This document shows, piece by piece, positions 42,737-57,010 of a DNA stretch of 64,000 nt (position 1 is the stretch's first letter; each line of letters opens with the position of its first letter). The DNA is taken from positions 94,426,001 to 94,490,000 of the forward strand of contig OX597824.1 in the NCBI GenBank assembly GCA_951406725.2, in the 5' to 3' direction. The notes beneath the pieces are model-generated. The model did not search any database. It had not been told where the DNA came from and worked only from the letters and a program-made list of their open reading frames with translations. This DNA is from Octopus vulgaris (lineage: Eukaryota). The translations under genes and the position numbers were made by a program.

Positions 42737-44408
42737 TTATCATCATCATCATCATCACCACCTCCACCGTTATCATCATCATCACCATCATATATTCAAC
42801 GAACCCCGAAAGGACGTAAGAAAAAGTCGACCTCGACGGAATTTGAACTCAGAATGTAAAGACGGATGAAATACCGCTTAGCATTTTGTTCGGAATGCTA
42901 ATAATTCTGTCAATGCTTTAATACACTGATCATTTTTGTTTTGTTTAGTTTTGTTTTTTTTCTTTTCCCTTCTAAATATTCGCTGCCGAAATTGGATTGC
43001 TTCTAATAAACCCATTTTGTCTTTAATACCATTAAATACGATAAACCATCACTGGAAGCAGAGCAGCAGCGCAGCAACAGCAAGATAAAATGAATGAGTT
43101 TTTCGCCATCTTGAATTACTGAACCTTTTATGTGTACGAAGACGGCAAATGGAAGCCATTTGCAATGTTAGGAAAACTGGGATTTTTAATAGAGTATCCC
43201 AACAATCTGCTAGAATTACAGGACAAACCAACGCCAAGGTAGCGTGCATTTTTGATCAGCTTGATTGTGCCTGATATATTTGTTCCATACTGTATTTTCT
43301 CAGCGTTCTCTCGCTTAAAGAGTGGGTCGATGAAGCTTGTTTTATAAACTAGTTGTTAGAATAGTAACCGGAAGTGAAGAAGTTTCTTCTCCATTTCCTT
43401 CAACTGTTTGTAATAGAAGACATTATCAATTTCCGTTACCGCTGATAACTAAGTTGGACAAGAAGGCATCTGACAGCTGACATTTAGATGGACATTTAGA
43501 GCTACAGACGCAGATACCGGACAGCCAGGAGTTACACATACATTCACATATACACATATACGCATACACGCAAACATATATATACACACATACATACAAA
43601 TACACACACATACACACACAAATACACAAGCAAAGATATGCACACACATGCACCCAAACACTGACAAACATACATGTACACTTTAAACAATTAAATTTGC
43701 TCATAAATACAAACATGATTGCACTTATGCACACATATTCACACACTCGCGCGAGCGTACAGAGGGGCGCACACAAACACAGACAAACATACATACATGT
43801 AAGCATACACCCACACAAAGATATGCAATAACATGTACATACACACACACACGGGCATTAACCAATTAAACCCACACGTAAATGTAAGCATCAATGCATA
43901 CATACACGCATGCACGCGCACACACACACATACACACACAAACACAGGCATGTGCTCACACACACACGCACGCTCATACACAGACACGCACACTCATACA
44001 CAGACAAACGCACACACACATACACACAGACACACACACAACACACGCACACACACACATACACAGACATATGCACACACATACACAAACGAACATACAC
44101 ACACGCACACCAATACACAGGCAAACGCACATACACACACACACATATACACACACACACATACACACACAAACACACAGACACACACAAATGCAAACAC
44201 ACACACACGCACAAACACACATACACAGACATACTGACACACACACGCACAAACACACATACACAGACATACTGGCACACACACGAACATACACACACAC
44301 ACAAACATACACAGACGTACGCACACACAAACACACACACAAACTCATACACGCATACACACGCATGCACACACACACACGCGCACACACATACGCACGC
44401 ACACAAAT

Positions 44409-44444
<36 letters not shown>

Positions 44445-44953
44445 ACATACAAAAACATGTCAGCAAACACACAATGCACAGACATGCAAAAACACGAGCA
44501 AGGACGCACACATGCACGCGTATTATAAATACGTGTAAATACGAACACAAATGCACATATGTACACATATTCGCATACGCTGACAGACGCGCTCACCTAC
44601 ACACACACATATATACACAGGTCGACAATGCTAAGTGGAAATCCAAAATACAGAAGAGTTATGATGAGAAATAAATTTGAATATTAGAGAGTGATTTAGA
44701 GAAACGGAAGGAGTGTATAAGAAATGAGGAAGAAGGGGAGGCGGGGAGGGAGAGAGAGTGGAAGTGAGAGAGGGAGAGTGTGTGTGTATCGGAGAGACGC
44801 GTAAGGAGAAAGTGATGACGGAAGAAAGAAGGAATGCAAGGCTGTAGAAAATGTACCGGGGTCGATTCATTCGACCAAACACTTTTCAAAGCGATGATCC
44901 AGAATGGCCGCAGTCAAATAACTGAAACTAGAATATATATACATGTATGTATA

Positions 44954-45153
44954 TGTGACCTCGTGTGTACTGTTGGCGATTTTTTTTCCTCTGTCTTCCC
45001 TTCTCTGGATCTTTCCTTCTCCTATGTTTCTGACGAAGAGCTCCGCTCGAAACGTTAAACCCTCCTTCTTTCCTTCTTTCCTGAGCGTCCAATAATACTA
45101 TACTTGTCCCACGTCCTCGCGTTGTGTTTTTTTGTGCCTTCTTGTTTGGATTA

Positions 45154-45157
<4 letters not shown>
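44954..45157 (+). mobile_element. Hammerhead-bearing repeat family D, canonical core copy
   Basis: gttt-CTGACGA-a-gagc tcc gctc-GAAA-cgtt-aaac at 45026-45060; ends in (TA)n. Confidence 0.82.
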
Positions 45158-45205
<48 letters not shown>

Positions 45206-45593
45206 TATACATTCACATAAATTCACATATATAAAATCCAGGTTACATCTGTTTCAGAGCTAGCAGACCCCTCATTTTGGATAATCTACTATTTCCGAAG
45301 TTCTGCTAACTATTAAACATACGTAACCTGGAATTTATTTAGTCCATTGCTTAATTTTTGAATATGCAAGATTCTTTATGTGAGTTCGTGTGTTGAAGCA
45401 TATTCGGTTGTGTCTGGGGAGAGTCATTCTCTGTTAGTGACTTATAATTTAACACAAATTTTCAATTTGAGAAGGTTGCAAGTCGCAACGAAAATTTTTA
45501 GAAAAATAAGAAAAGAAATGAGTGGAAATTTTACCGGTGAGTGTGTTAAATTATAACGTAGTAAAAGAGATGACTCTCTCCAGACAGAACAGA

Positions 45594-45643
<50 letters not shown>

Positions 45644-45867
45644 GGTAAGATCAACAAAAAAGAATCTATCTGTAAGAGATATATATATTTATATATATAT
45701 ATATATATATTATATATATCCTCGGGCTCTTCCCACATGGCATAACAAACTAAAGCAAGACGACAGAATAAGAGAAAATACGAGACAAGGCGAGAAGAAA
45801 GTAAATGTAAGAAGTGGAAGGTTGAAAACGCCGGAAAACGAAAGGACAAAAAGAACAAGAAAATAGG

Positions 45868-46100
45868 TATGCATGTTTGTATGTATGGGCCAATATCGGT
45901 CCAGGCTATAACTAACTTAATAGAACCACCTGGAGAGGTTCTTAAGGCCACGTTTCGGAACACTATCAACCACTCGGGTAAAGAATTGTTTTTCTCTGAG
46001 ATGTGTTCAGTCTATGGCGGTTTGTCTGATATTTTTTGGAGCAATTTTTCCAGGTACCGTTTTAACGTTGCGGGGTCTTTTTCGGGCGTTAGTTTCTTTC
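45868..46100 (-). mobile_element. CR1/L2-group LINE 3' end remnant
   Basis: EKDPATLKRYLEKLLQKISDKPP resembles the FKxxLDKFLxxIPDxP terminus; short UTR, then a TACA-like tail. Confidence 0.5.
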
Positions 46101-46224
46101 GGGTTAGCGGCTTCGAAGTTACATTCGCCACACTTTTTGAAAAACCATAATAGATATATACTCTACAAAATGTATTGAGTACTACAATACTGTTAGTATT
46201 ACAACTCAACATAAAATCATCGTC

Positions 46225-46598
46225 AGAAACTTGCTTCCCAACTGCATAGTTCCGGGTTCAGTCCCACTGCGTGGCACCTTGGGCAAGTTTCTTCTACTGT
46301 AGCCTCGGGCCGACCAAAGCCTTGTGAGTGGATTTGGTAGACGGAAACTGAAAGAAGCTCGTTGTATATATTTGTATGTATGTGTTTGTTGTTTCTTTCT
46401 GTGTCTGTCTCCCCGCCATCGCTTGACAACCGACGTTGGTGTGTTTACGTCCTGTCACTTGGCGGTTCGGCAAAAAGAGACCACTAGAATAAGTCCTAGG
46501 TTTACAAAGAATAAGGCCTGGAGTCGATTTATCGACTAAAGGTTGTGCTCCAGCATGGCCGCAGTTAAACGACTGAAACAAGTAAAAGAATAAAAGAA
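46225..46598 (+). mobile_element. SINE family A, near full length
   Basis: Matches consensus; tail aagtaaaagaataaaagaa. Confidence 0.9.
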
Positions 46599-46600
46599 TT

Positions 46601-46634
<34 letters not shown>

Positions 46635-46714
46635 CCGGAGTAAACACATAAATGTGAAACAAGGTGGAAAAAAGAGTACCAGTGGTAGAGTAATATGCTA
46701 GCAAATTGCTAGCA

Positions 46715-46761
46715 AAAACTGTCCGACGAACGGGAACGTGAAACTCAGAGTAACAAGTTTT
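46715..46761 (+). ncRNA. Type I hammerhead motif with CCGACGA core (family F)
   Basis: aaaactgt/aca(a)gtttt helix I; CCGACGA; acg-GGAA-cgt helix II; GAAA; actc-a-gagt helix III; GUA site (after 46752). Confidence 0.72.
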
Positions 46762-46793
46762 GTTGAATTTTCTCTGCTGCTTTAAATAAAGTA

Positions 46794-46871
<78 letters not shown>

Positions 46872-46960
46872 TGTATGTAGAAAGAGAGTATATATTGTGT
46901 GTACCACAATATTGAGTTTATGAGCTCCAAATTATATGAGCTTATTTTATCGTAATTTCT

Positions 46961-47003
<43 letters not shown>

Positions 47004-47294
47004 AGAGAGAGAGAGGAGAAGGTGGTGCGAAAAAGAGAAAGAGAGAAGTCAGTGTGAGATGATAATCATAAAGAGATGTGACAGCGCAATTGTCAATGGC
47101 TGTTCTGACCGGAAGTTTAACACACGAGCTAGATCGGAAGTGAAGCATGTGCGAAACAAACGATGTGGTTGGAGCGAGCTGTTGGAGAGATTTCTGTCGG
47201 AAGAGACGCTATTTGGAAGCGGAACCAGCGTCCGAGGTCGGATTATAGATTGCGACTTGAAACATCCGGTTGGACTGACAGCAACTGTTTCGTT

Positions 47295-48066
<772 letters not shown>

Positions 48067-48186
48067 AGACGTCGAAAGTCGAACAAAATGTTGCGAGACA
48101 AGAACGGGAAGAGAAAGCGACAACAGCAGATATTTTTGATGGTGTCTGAATTTTCAGTGACCACCCCACACCCCCACACCATTTCC

Positions 48187-48232
<46 letters not shown>

Positions 48233-48712
48233 CGCGCGCGCGCAAGCACATATACACACATAAACGTAACCACAGGAAGACAGATGCCCATACAAACACA
48301 AAACTCTGCACACATTCACAACCGCCGCCCAACCCATGCAGACATTTCGCTGATAAGGTCTAATAAATTCGAAACCAGCCTGGACTTGTCCTGATAACGC
48401 CAACATCAGATCTACTGCCACTACACTGAACAGATTATTACTTTTCGTGAATTTTAATTAATTAATATAATCTGTGGTTGTCTTTTCTGCTTTCTTCATT
48501 AGGCTTAATAATGATTCTTATTCCTCACATCACGAGAGTTAAATTGTTTAAAATATTTTGGCTCACAACATTATAACTGATGTTACTGTTTGGTTTTCAT
48601 GCAGAGCATGTCCCTGTGTATTTTTTTGTAAGGTTTTATATATACGTATGTATGTGTGCACGTATGCGTGTATGTATGCATGTATGTTTGTATGTATGTG
48701 TGTATATGTATG

Positions 48713-49046
48713 CATGGCTCAGTGGTTAGAGCGTCGAACTTACGATCGTGAGGTTGTGAGCTCGAATCCCGGACCGGGCTGCGTGTTGTGTTCTTGAGCA
48801 AGGCACTTTATTTCACGTTGCTCCAGTTCACTCAGCTGTAGAAATGAGTTGCGACGTCACTGGTGTCAAGCTGTATCGACCTTTGTCTTTCCCTTGGATA
48901 ACACTGGTGGCGTGGAGAGGGGAGGCTGGTATGCATGGGCGACTGCTGGTCTTCCGTAAACAACCTTGCCCGGACTTGTGTCTAGGAGGGTAACTTTCTA
49001 GGTGCAATCCCATGGTCATTCATGACCGAAGGGGGTCTTTACCCTT
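48713..49046 (+). mobile_element. tRNA-derived SINE family C, full length
   Basis: tggctcagtggttagagcg...ctcgaatccc...gtgttcttgagcaaggcactttatttcacg; 3' stem ggtcattcatgacc. Confidence 0.85.
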
Positions 49047-49260
49047 TATATGTATGCATGTATGTTTGTATGTATGTGTGTATATGTATGCATGTATGCA
49101 TGTATGCATGTATGTATGAATGTACATATCTATGTATTATGTATATATGTATGCATGTATGTATGTATGTATGTATGTATGTATGTATGTATGTATGTAT
49201 GTATGTATGTATGTATGTATGTATGTATGAATGTATGTATTATGTATATATGTATGCATG

Positions 49261-49294
<34 letters not shown>

Positions 49295-49759
49295 CATTTA
49301 AAAGCGGTGCTCCAGCATGGCCGCAGTCAAATGACTGAAACAAGTAAAAGAGTAAAGAGTATATGTATATATGTATGCATGTATATATACATGTATGTTC
49401 GTATATATGTATGTTCGTATGTATGTATGTGTGTATGTATGTACGAATGTATGTATGAATTATGTATGTATGTATGTATGCATGCATGTATGTATGTATG
49501 TATGTATGTATGTATGTATGTATGTATGTGTGTATGTATCTATGCATGCATGCATGTATGTATGTATACATGTATGCCCTGGGTATGACCTTTAACCTTT
49601 ATCCATTTGTCACAGCATCCTTCTATGAGAGGGACACTCTGATGTGAAACCCGTTGTTTTACATGGTTACTGGTCACTTCACTTCACTTCAGCCTTTCAC
49701 TAGGCACTAATTACAGAGACTCAGAGAGCGGTTTTCGTGTTGTGCAGGCGTTTATCACG

Positions 49760-50060
49760 ATAATCCAACGACCAACAGTTGTTTCTTTACGGTGACCTCG
49801 TTCGTCATTTATCATTCCATCTGCCGAAAGTGCTGAGGTGATTGATGGCAGAGTGGCAGCGTGTGCAGACCGAACCAGTTGGAAGCGCACAGGGAGTCAC
49901 AAGTCTCGTCTGTCACCTGTGCTTCAAACCATGAAGATCTTCAACAGGACTGAACTGTCATCTGAGAAGTCATGGATGAAAAGTCGGAAATGCCATTGAC
50001 AACGAGAAAGCACATGGAGATGGCTATTATCTGTGAAGACTGAACAATCATCGTGTGTGT
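49760..50060 (+). mobile_element. RTE-like LINE 3' end with C2H2 zinc-finger remnant
   Basis: VCHLCFKP*RSSTGLNCHLRSHG; homologous to 54330-54850. Confidence 0.65.
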
Positions 50061-50216
50061 TTGTATGTATGTATAAATGAATGAATGCATGTATGTATGT
50101 CTCTGTGTATGTGTGTGTGTATGTATGTATGTATGTATGTATGTATGTATGTATGTATGTATGTATGTATGTATGTATGTATCATCTGTACTTGCAAATA
50201 TGTATGCATGTATATA

Positions 50217-51391
50217 TTGTCTCATCCCATAAATAATGCGGGGTTTTTTTCAATTGTATGCACTAAAAGTCGGAGGGGAACAGGTTAAACTACCTGCATC
50301 AACTTACTATTAAAGCAGTTAGTAATTTTCCCTTTTTTCTTATTCTTGGTGAAAGTTTTGAAGAGTGCAGTTCAATTTTAACAGTTATTTTTTCAAAGCT
50401 ATAATGGATGTGACAAAGGAGTATATTCGGCATATTTGGCTTTATGAGTTCATTAAAGGCAACAACGCAACGGAAAGTGCGAAGAATATTAATGCAGTAT
50501 ATGGGGATCGGACAATAAACGTGAATGAGTGTCAACGTACATCCTGAAAACCCTGGTGGAACAAAATCCCATCGTAACTATTGAAGAACTAGCAAAGAAG
50601 CTTGGATTTGGTCATTCAACCATTCATGGACACCTGCGTGCCATCGGAAAAGTCTGCAACTTAGATCAATGGGTTCCTCATAAATTTTCCGAGTCTAATC
50701 GCACACAGAGAGTGGAGGTGTGCTTTTCTTTACTGCCACGTCTCGAGTGAACCTATTTTGGACTGAATAGTGACTGGTGAGATGAAATGGGTTCTCTATA
50801 AAGGAGAAACACCGGCACCCCAGGATAAAGGTCTTCGCCTACGTAAGGTGTTGTTATCTGTTTGGCGGGATAGGAAAGGTTTAATTCACTTTGAACTTTT
50901 AAACCCAAACCAAACGATTACAAAGGAGATCTACTGCGAGCTGCTCGAGCGGCTTAAGTCAGCGCCGGAAGAAATACGACCGTCTTTGGTTTCAAGACAA
51001 AAGGTGTTCTTCCATCAGGATAATCCTCAGCCACATAACGTGAGGATGACATTCCAAAGGCTGGAGAAGTTTGAATGGGAAACAATACTCTGCCTACCAT
51101 ATTCGCAGGACATTGCTCCATCTGATTATCATTTATTCCACAATCTTCAAAATCATTTGGACGGAAAAAATATGAATTCTGTAGACGAGGCCAGACTAGT
51201 ACTGGAGGAGTATTTTTCGTCACAGACAAGGGAATTTTGGAAGAAGGGCCTTGCAAGTCTACCAGATAAGATGGAAGAGCATTGTAGAAAATGAAGGGGA
51301 GTATATTTTAGATTTAAAAAAGGACTTTGTTTATCTTAATTTTGAAAAGATAGAAGTATTAAAAAACCGCATTATTTATGAAATGATCCAA
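50217..51391 (+). mobile_element. Near-full-length mariner (DD34D) element, transposase pseudogene
   Basis: ~30-bp TIRs (ttgtctcatcccataaataatgcg / cgcattatttatgaaatgatccaa), TA on both sides; motifs WVPHKF, TGEMKW, HQDNPQPH, YSQDIAPSDYHLF; frameshifts and deletions. Confidence 0.95.
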
Positions 51392-51943
51392 TATATGTAT
51401 GTATGATGTATGCATGTCTGTATATAAGTATCTGTCTATCGTATCTCTCAGAATATTTCTCTTTATGTGCATGATGAGAAAATGTTTATGTCAGTCACGC
51501 TCAATAAATTCTAATCTCTTGTTCTCTCTCTCACACTCTCCATTAAGTCGTGGATTTATTTTTGTCAAAAGGCGGTATAATGGTATTACAAGAAGTGTCT
51601 ATCCGGGTAAAATGCTAAAACGCCTGGAATTTAAGAAATGAATTGTAACGGTAGAAGATCTCGGGGATAATGTCAGCAACTCATCCTCAAAATGCATCAA
51701 TAATTACTGAAAGAGTCAGATTCTTATCTCAACAAACATCAAATGTGGAGAAAAAATAATCACAATCTAGCAGAAATTTTTTTTGGGGGGGGGGGGGTTC
51801 TTTGTTTTGTTTTTTTCAGTTACCTTCATTTCTTTTTTTTTGTAGATTTACAAAATCAACAAAAATGGTTTAGGAAATTGGATAAAAAAAAAACGAGAAT
51901 ATTCTGCGAGTGTTTATGACATTGGCATAAAAATCCTACACCG

Positions 51944-52215
51944 ATCGATGTTAAACCCAATAATGTTATCGTAAAGATACAAGTTGACACAGGCAGCCAG
52001 GTAACTATAATTTCGCGGAATTTTTAGATGGATTTGAATAAAGCAAAGTTTAAAAACTGTGAATTCAAACTAAAACAATTTGATGGATTACTCATTGAAA
52101 TTTATGGAGGGTTTTATGTATTAATGGAAACTGATAAGAGAATAGATGTTTTGAGTGTTATTGTCACTACATCTGAGAAAAAATAATGGCTTGTTTGGTA
52201 TAGAAGTGGTAAATA
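51944..52215 (+). pseudogene. Gypsy-type LTR retrotransposon aspartic protease remnant
   Basis: VKIQVDTGSQVTIISRNF*...LKQFDG...(frameshift)GLFGIE: retropepsin DTG and LLG-like motifs. Confidence 0.75.
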
Positions 52216-52770
52216 TTGATAGTTCAACGTTATTTCATAGGATTGAAATTCCAGGAAAGTTTTGGAGATCAATAAGGTTTAAAGCTAAAATTCCTCTCAA
52301 AGAAAATACCCAGCAATGATATTTTGGTTACAGGAATTATGGCCGTAAACATTTTTGCCGTAGAAATTTTGTTTTAGATGACCTCATCGCGTATTTTACT
52401 GTTTTGTTCTCACTGTCCTGTTCTTGTTACCACTTTCACCCTCCGCAAAAAGTCCCTAATTTTATTTGATTCGCTTTGCGGGAAGGACTGTTTCAACGAA
52501 GTCGCGTCTTGTCCTTACCTTCGATACGCGGAGTAGATGAAACAGGGACAACTGAAGAAGGGGAATATTCTTTATGTTGCATGTCTCGTTTCTCTGTTGT
52601 TTTTCGTTGTTTGAAAAAACGTTCGTTTTTATGTTTTTGTTTTTATGTTTTCGTTTCTCATTGTGTTCAAGGTTTTTTTATGTCCTGTACCCATATATGC
52701 ATGTATATATACATATATATGTAGGTATGTACATATATGTATGTATATATGCATATATTTATATATTATT

Positions 52771-52814
<44 letters not shown>

Positions 52815-52854
52815 CTATATGTATATGTATATGTGTGTGCATGTGTGCGTATGT

Positions 52855-53070
52855 TTGTGTGTCTGTGTTTGTCCCCCAGCATTGCTTGACAACCGATGTT
52901 GGTGCGTTTACATCCCCGTAGCATAGCGGTTCGGCAAAAGAGATCCGATAGAATAAGTACTAGGGTTACAAAGAATAAGTCCTGGGGGTCGGTTTCTTCG
53001 ACTAGAAGGCAGTGCTCAAGCATAGCCGCAGTCAAATGACTGAAACAAATGAATATAAAAAAATAATAAA
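52855..53070 (+). mobile_element. SINE family A, 3' half
   Basis: gcttgacaaccgatg...gatagaataagtactagg...gcagtcaaatgactgaaac. Confidence 0.85.
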
Positions 53071-53072
53071 AG

Positions 53073-53329
<257 letters not shown>

Positions 53330-53637
53330 TACACGGTTTCCATTGCAGTTTCTGTCAATCAAATTCACTCACAAGGCATTGGTCTGCCCAAGGTACCGAG
53401 CAGTGAGATTGAACCCGAAACCACGCGAACGTCGTTACAAAACGAGCTTTTTAACGACACAGTGATTCCTGGAAGGCGTTCTCGATTCTATTAATAAGGT
53501 TTGTGGTTTGACAACCGATACGGAAGCAAACATTGTTAATGACGTTAGACGCAGTTCTCGAGTAACGAAAGCAATTAAACCGATTTATTTCCCGGAGATC
53601 TGATACCATTGTTATGCTAATGTCATTGTAGCGTTAA

Positions 53638-54226
53638 AGAGGCGAGCTGGCAGAAACGTTAGCATGCAGGGCGAAATGCTTAGCGTATTTTGTCGGTCTT
53701 TACGTTCTGAGTTCAAATTCCACCGAGGTCGACTTTGCCTTTCATCCTTTCGAGGTCGATAAATTAAGTACCAGTTGCGCGTACTGGGGTCGATCTAATC
53801 GACTGGCCCCCTTCCCCAAAAATTTTGAACCTTGTGCCTGGAATTGGAAAGAATACCCGCCTAGGTCGACTTTGCCTTTCATCCTTTCAGGCTCGATAAA
53901 TTAAGTACCAGTTGCATACTAGGGTCGATCTAATCGACTGGCCCCCTCCCCAAAAATTTCGCTCTTTGTGCCTGGAGCAGAAAAGAATATTTTCAAGCGG
54001 CGAGCTGGCAGAAACGTTAGCACGCCGGGCGAAATGCTTAGTGGTATTTCGTCTGCCGTTACGTTCTGAGTTCAAATTCCGCCAAGGTCGACTTTGCCTT
54101 TCATCCTTTCGGGGTCGAATAAATAAGTTCCAGTTATAAACTGGGGTCGATATGATCGACTTAATCCGTTTGTCTGTCCTTGTTTGTTCCCTCTGTGTGT
54201 AGCCCCTTGAGGGCAGTAAAGAAATA
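53638..54226 (+). mobile_element. Three tandem SINE family B units
   Basis: 53638-53855, truncated 53856-53990, and 53996-54226; two different tail types. Confidence 0.9.
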
Positions 54227-54329
54227 AAAATCCTTCTAAAACAGGAATGCTCTGATGTAAAAACCTAGTCTTACGTGATTACTGGTTATTAGGCTTCGGC
54301 CTGTCAGTAGGGAGAAGCGTCTATCATTA

Positions 54330-54850
54330 TAATCCAATGTCTTACAGATGTTTCTTTACGGTGAAATCATTTGTCATTCCATCGGCTGAAAGTCCGAGGA
54401 CGATGAAAGAATGGCGACATGTGCAGATCTGGAAACAAACAGTAAGTTACCTATTTCTTTACTACCCACAAGGGGCTAAATACAGAGTGGACAAACAAAC
54501 GGATTAAGTCGATAATATCGACCCCAGTGTGTAACTGGTACTTAATTTATCGACCCCGAAAGGATGAAAGGAAAAGTCGACCTCGGTGGAATTCGAACTC
54601 AGAACGTAACGGCAGCCGAAATACAGTTACGCATTTCGCCCGGCGTGCTAACGTTTCTGCCAGCTCGCCGCCTTAAGACAGTAAGTTACCACTTTCAGCT
54701 GTCCCATATGCTTCAAACATTGCAGATCTGCAACAGGACTGAATAGTCATCTGAAGAGGTCATGGACGGAAAGTTTCAAATGCGCATTGACAACGAGGAA
54801 ACACGATGAGACGTCAACCATCTGTGAAGATGAAGCAATTGCTATGTGTG
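54330..54850 (+). mobile_element. RTE-like LINE 3' end (C2H2 remnant) interrupted by SINE B
   Basis: FSCPICFKHCRSATGLNSHLK; homologous to 49760-50060. Confidence 0.65.
54452..54677 (-). mobile_element. SINE family B, full length with 13-bp TSD
   Basis: acagtaagttacc at 54439-54451 and 54678-54690. Confidence 0.93.
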
Positions 54851-55199
54851 TTCAGTTGTGAGAATAAATTCGCTCGTTTATTATTTCTTTTTTTATTATT
54901 ATTATTATTATTTTTACTCCATCGTCAAACATCCGAAAAGAAGCAAGATTTATTCAAATTCCAAGAAAACGAGTAACAAAATCTGCAATCGAGAATAAGT
55001 CTACAAAAAACAAACCATAAAATAATACGAGATATAGAAATATTTTTTTGTGTTAAATCAAATAACATTGGTAAGGATTTAAAATAAACGGCAAAAAACA
55101 ACGAATTCACATATATATATATAATATATTATATTGTATTATATATATATATGTATATACACACATATATATATATGCATGTATACATATATATATGTG

Positions 55200-55246
<47 letters not shown>

Positions 55247-55321
55247 AAATATATTATATTATATATATATATGTATATACACACATATATATATATATGC
55301 ATGTATACATATACATATATG

Positions 55322-55380
<59 letters not shown>

Positions 55381-55823
55381 CGTGCACATGTATATGTACA
55401 TGTGTATATGTATGTATTAATTCATTAGAAGGTTAGTTTTAAATCTTTAAAGTAGACTTTTCCTATTTATAATTACATTTTCACAATAAAAGCTGTCCTA
55501 ATTACATTTCTTTTCGTAAATTTAATATAATTTTCTTTATTGCTGCCTTATTGCATTACACTTAGTTCAAAGCAGCATTCAAATATAAAGAACGCTGCCC
55601 GTCTATGCTCTAGGGAATGGTCATAATCGATGAAATCGATCCCAATAAATGATTTGTATTTGTTGTATTGATACAAGAAAGATGAAAAGTAAAGTCTGCG
55701 CCGGTGGAGATGTAATTCCGAATAGAGACGGACGAGATTAAAAACCGTGAGTTAAAGTCTGTCGTTCGACAAACTACCGAGTGAATATCAGGCTTGGATA
55801 GCTGTTCGTTTGGTAATTGGGTT

Positions 55824-56877
55824 GTTCTTGTTTCGATCTCTCTGCTCGGCACCTGGGGCTAATGTCTCCTATTATAGCCTTGAGGGGTCGGAGAGTGTCT
55901 TGTGTGTGAAAGTTGGCAGATGGAAATGACACAGAAACCTGTCGCATGTTCGTAGTTCGATCTCTCAGCTTGGTAAAACAGAAATCTATCGCATGTACTT
56001 TGCAATCACGCTGTTCGTAGTTCGATCTCTCTGCTCGGCACCTGGGGCTAATGTTGCCTTGGAGGTCGGAGAGTGTCTTGTGTATGAAAGACTTGGCAGG
56101 TGGAAATGACAGAGAAACTTGTCGCATGTACTTTGCAATCACTATGTTCGTAGTTCGATCTCTCTATTCGGCAGGACAAAAAATTCTATCGCATGTACTT
56201 CGCAATCACAGTTCGTAGTTCGATCTCTCTGCTCGGCGATGCCGAAATCTATCGCATATACTTCGCAATCACGATGTTCGTAGTTCGATCTCACGGCTTG
56301 GTAAAACAGAAATCTATCGCATATACTTCGCAATCACGCCGTTCGTTGTTCGATCTCTCTGCTCGGCAGTACAGTAAATCTATCGCATGTACTTCGCAGT
56401 CACGCGGTTCATAATTCGATCCCTTTGCACGGCAGTACAGAAGCCTGTCGCATGTACTTCGCAACCATGCAGATCCTGGTTCGATATCTCTGCTCAGCAA
56501 CTTGAGTTAGTCTTCTACTTAAACCTCAACGTCAAAGAAAGCCCTGGTTGTGGAATTTGGTGGACGACAACAATAAAAAAAAGACCCGTCGCATGTACTT
56601 TGCAATCATACTGTCTCTAGTTCGATTCTTCACCTCAGCACATTGAGCAAACCTTGTGTCAAACAGCTTTGTGTAACTTGGTGAACGAAAACAGTACGAA
56701 AAGCTTGTTGCAATACTTCGCAAGCACGCTGTTCCTGGTTTCGATCTCTGTGCTCGGCACTTTGAGCCAATGTTTCCTTCTGGGGCCTCGGTGCCAAACA
56801 AAGTTTATGTGTGAAATTTGGTGAATTAAAACAGTACGAAGAGCCTGTTGCAATACTTCGCAAGCATGCTGTTCCTG
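55824..56877 (+). repeat. Tandem array of 11 SINE-A-derived B-box modules (65-66 bp and 118-141 bp units)
   Basis: Units start at 55824, 55948, 56013, 56146, 56211, 56276, 56341, 56407, 56472, 56613 and 56731; consensus gttcgtagttcgatctctctgctcggca..tcgcatgtacttcgcaatcac. Confidence 0.85.
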
Positions 56878-56894
56878 TAGTAGTAGTGGCAGTG

Positions 56895-57010
<116 letters not shown>

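Noticed and set aside
54745-54790. Hammerhead-like CTGAAGA-ggtcatggac-GGAAA
   Set aside because: No helix I; the sequence is the coding HLxxH end of the RTE zinc finger
55948-56470. CRISPR array (65-bp periodicity)
   Set aside because: Variable part is only ~10 nt and is reused, units align to SINE A, no cas genes, animal context
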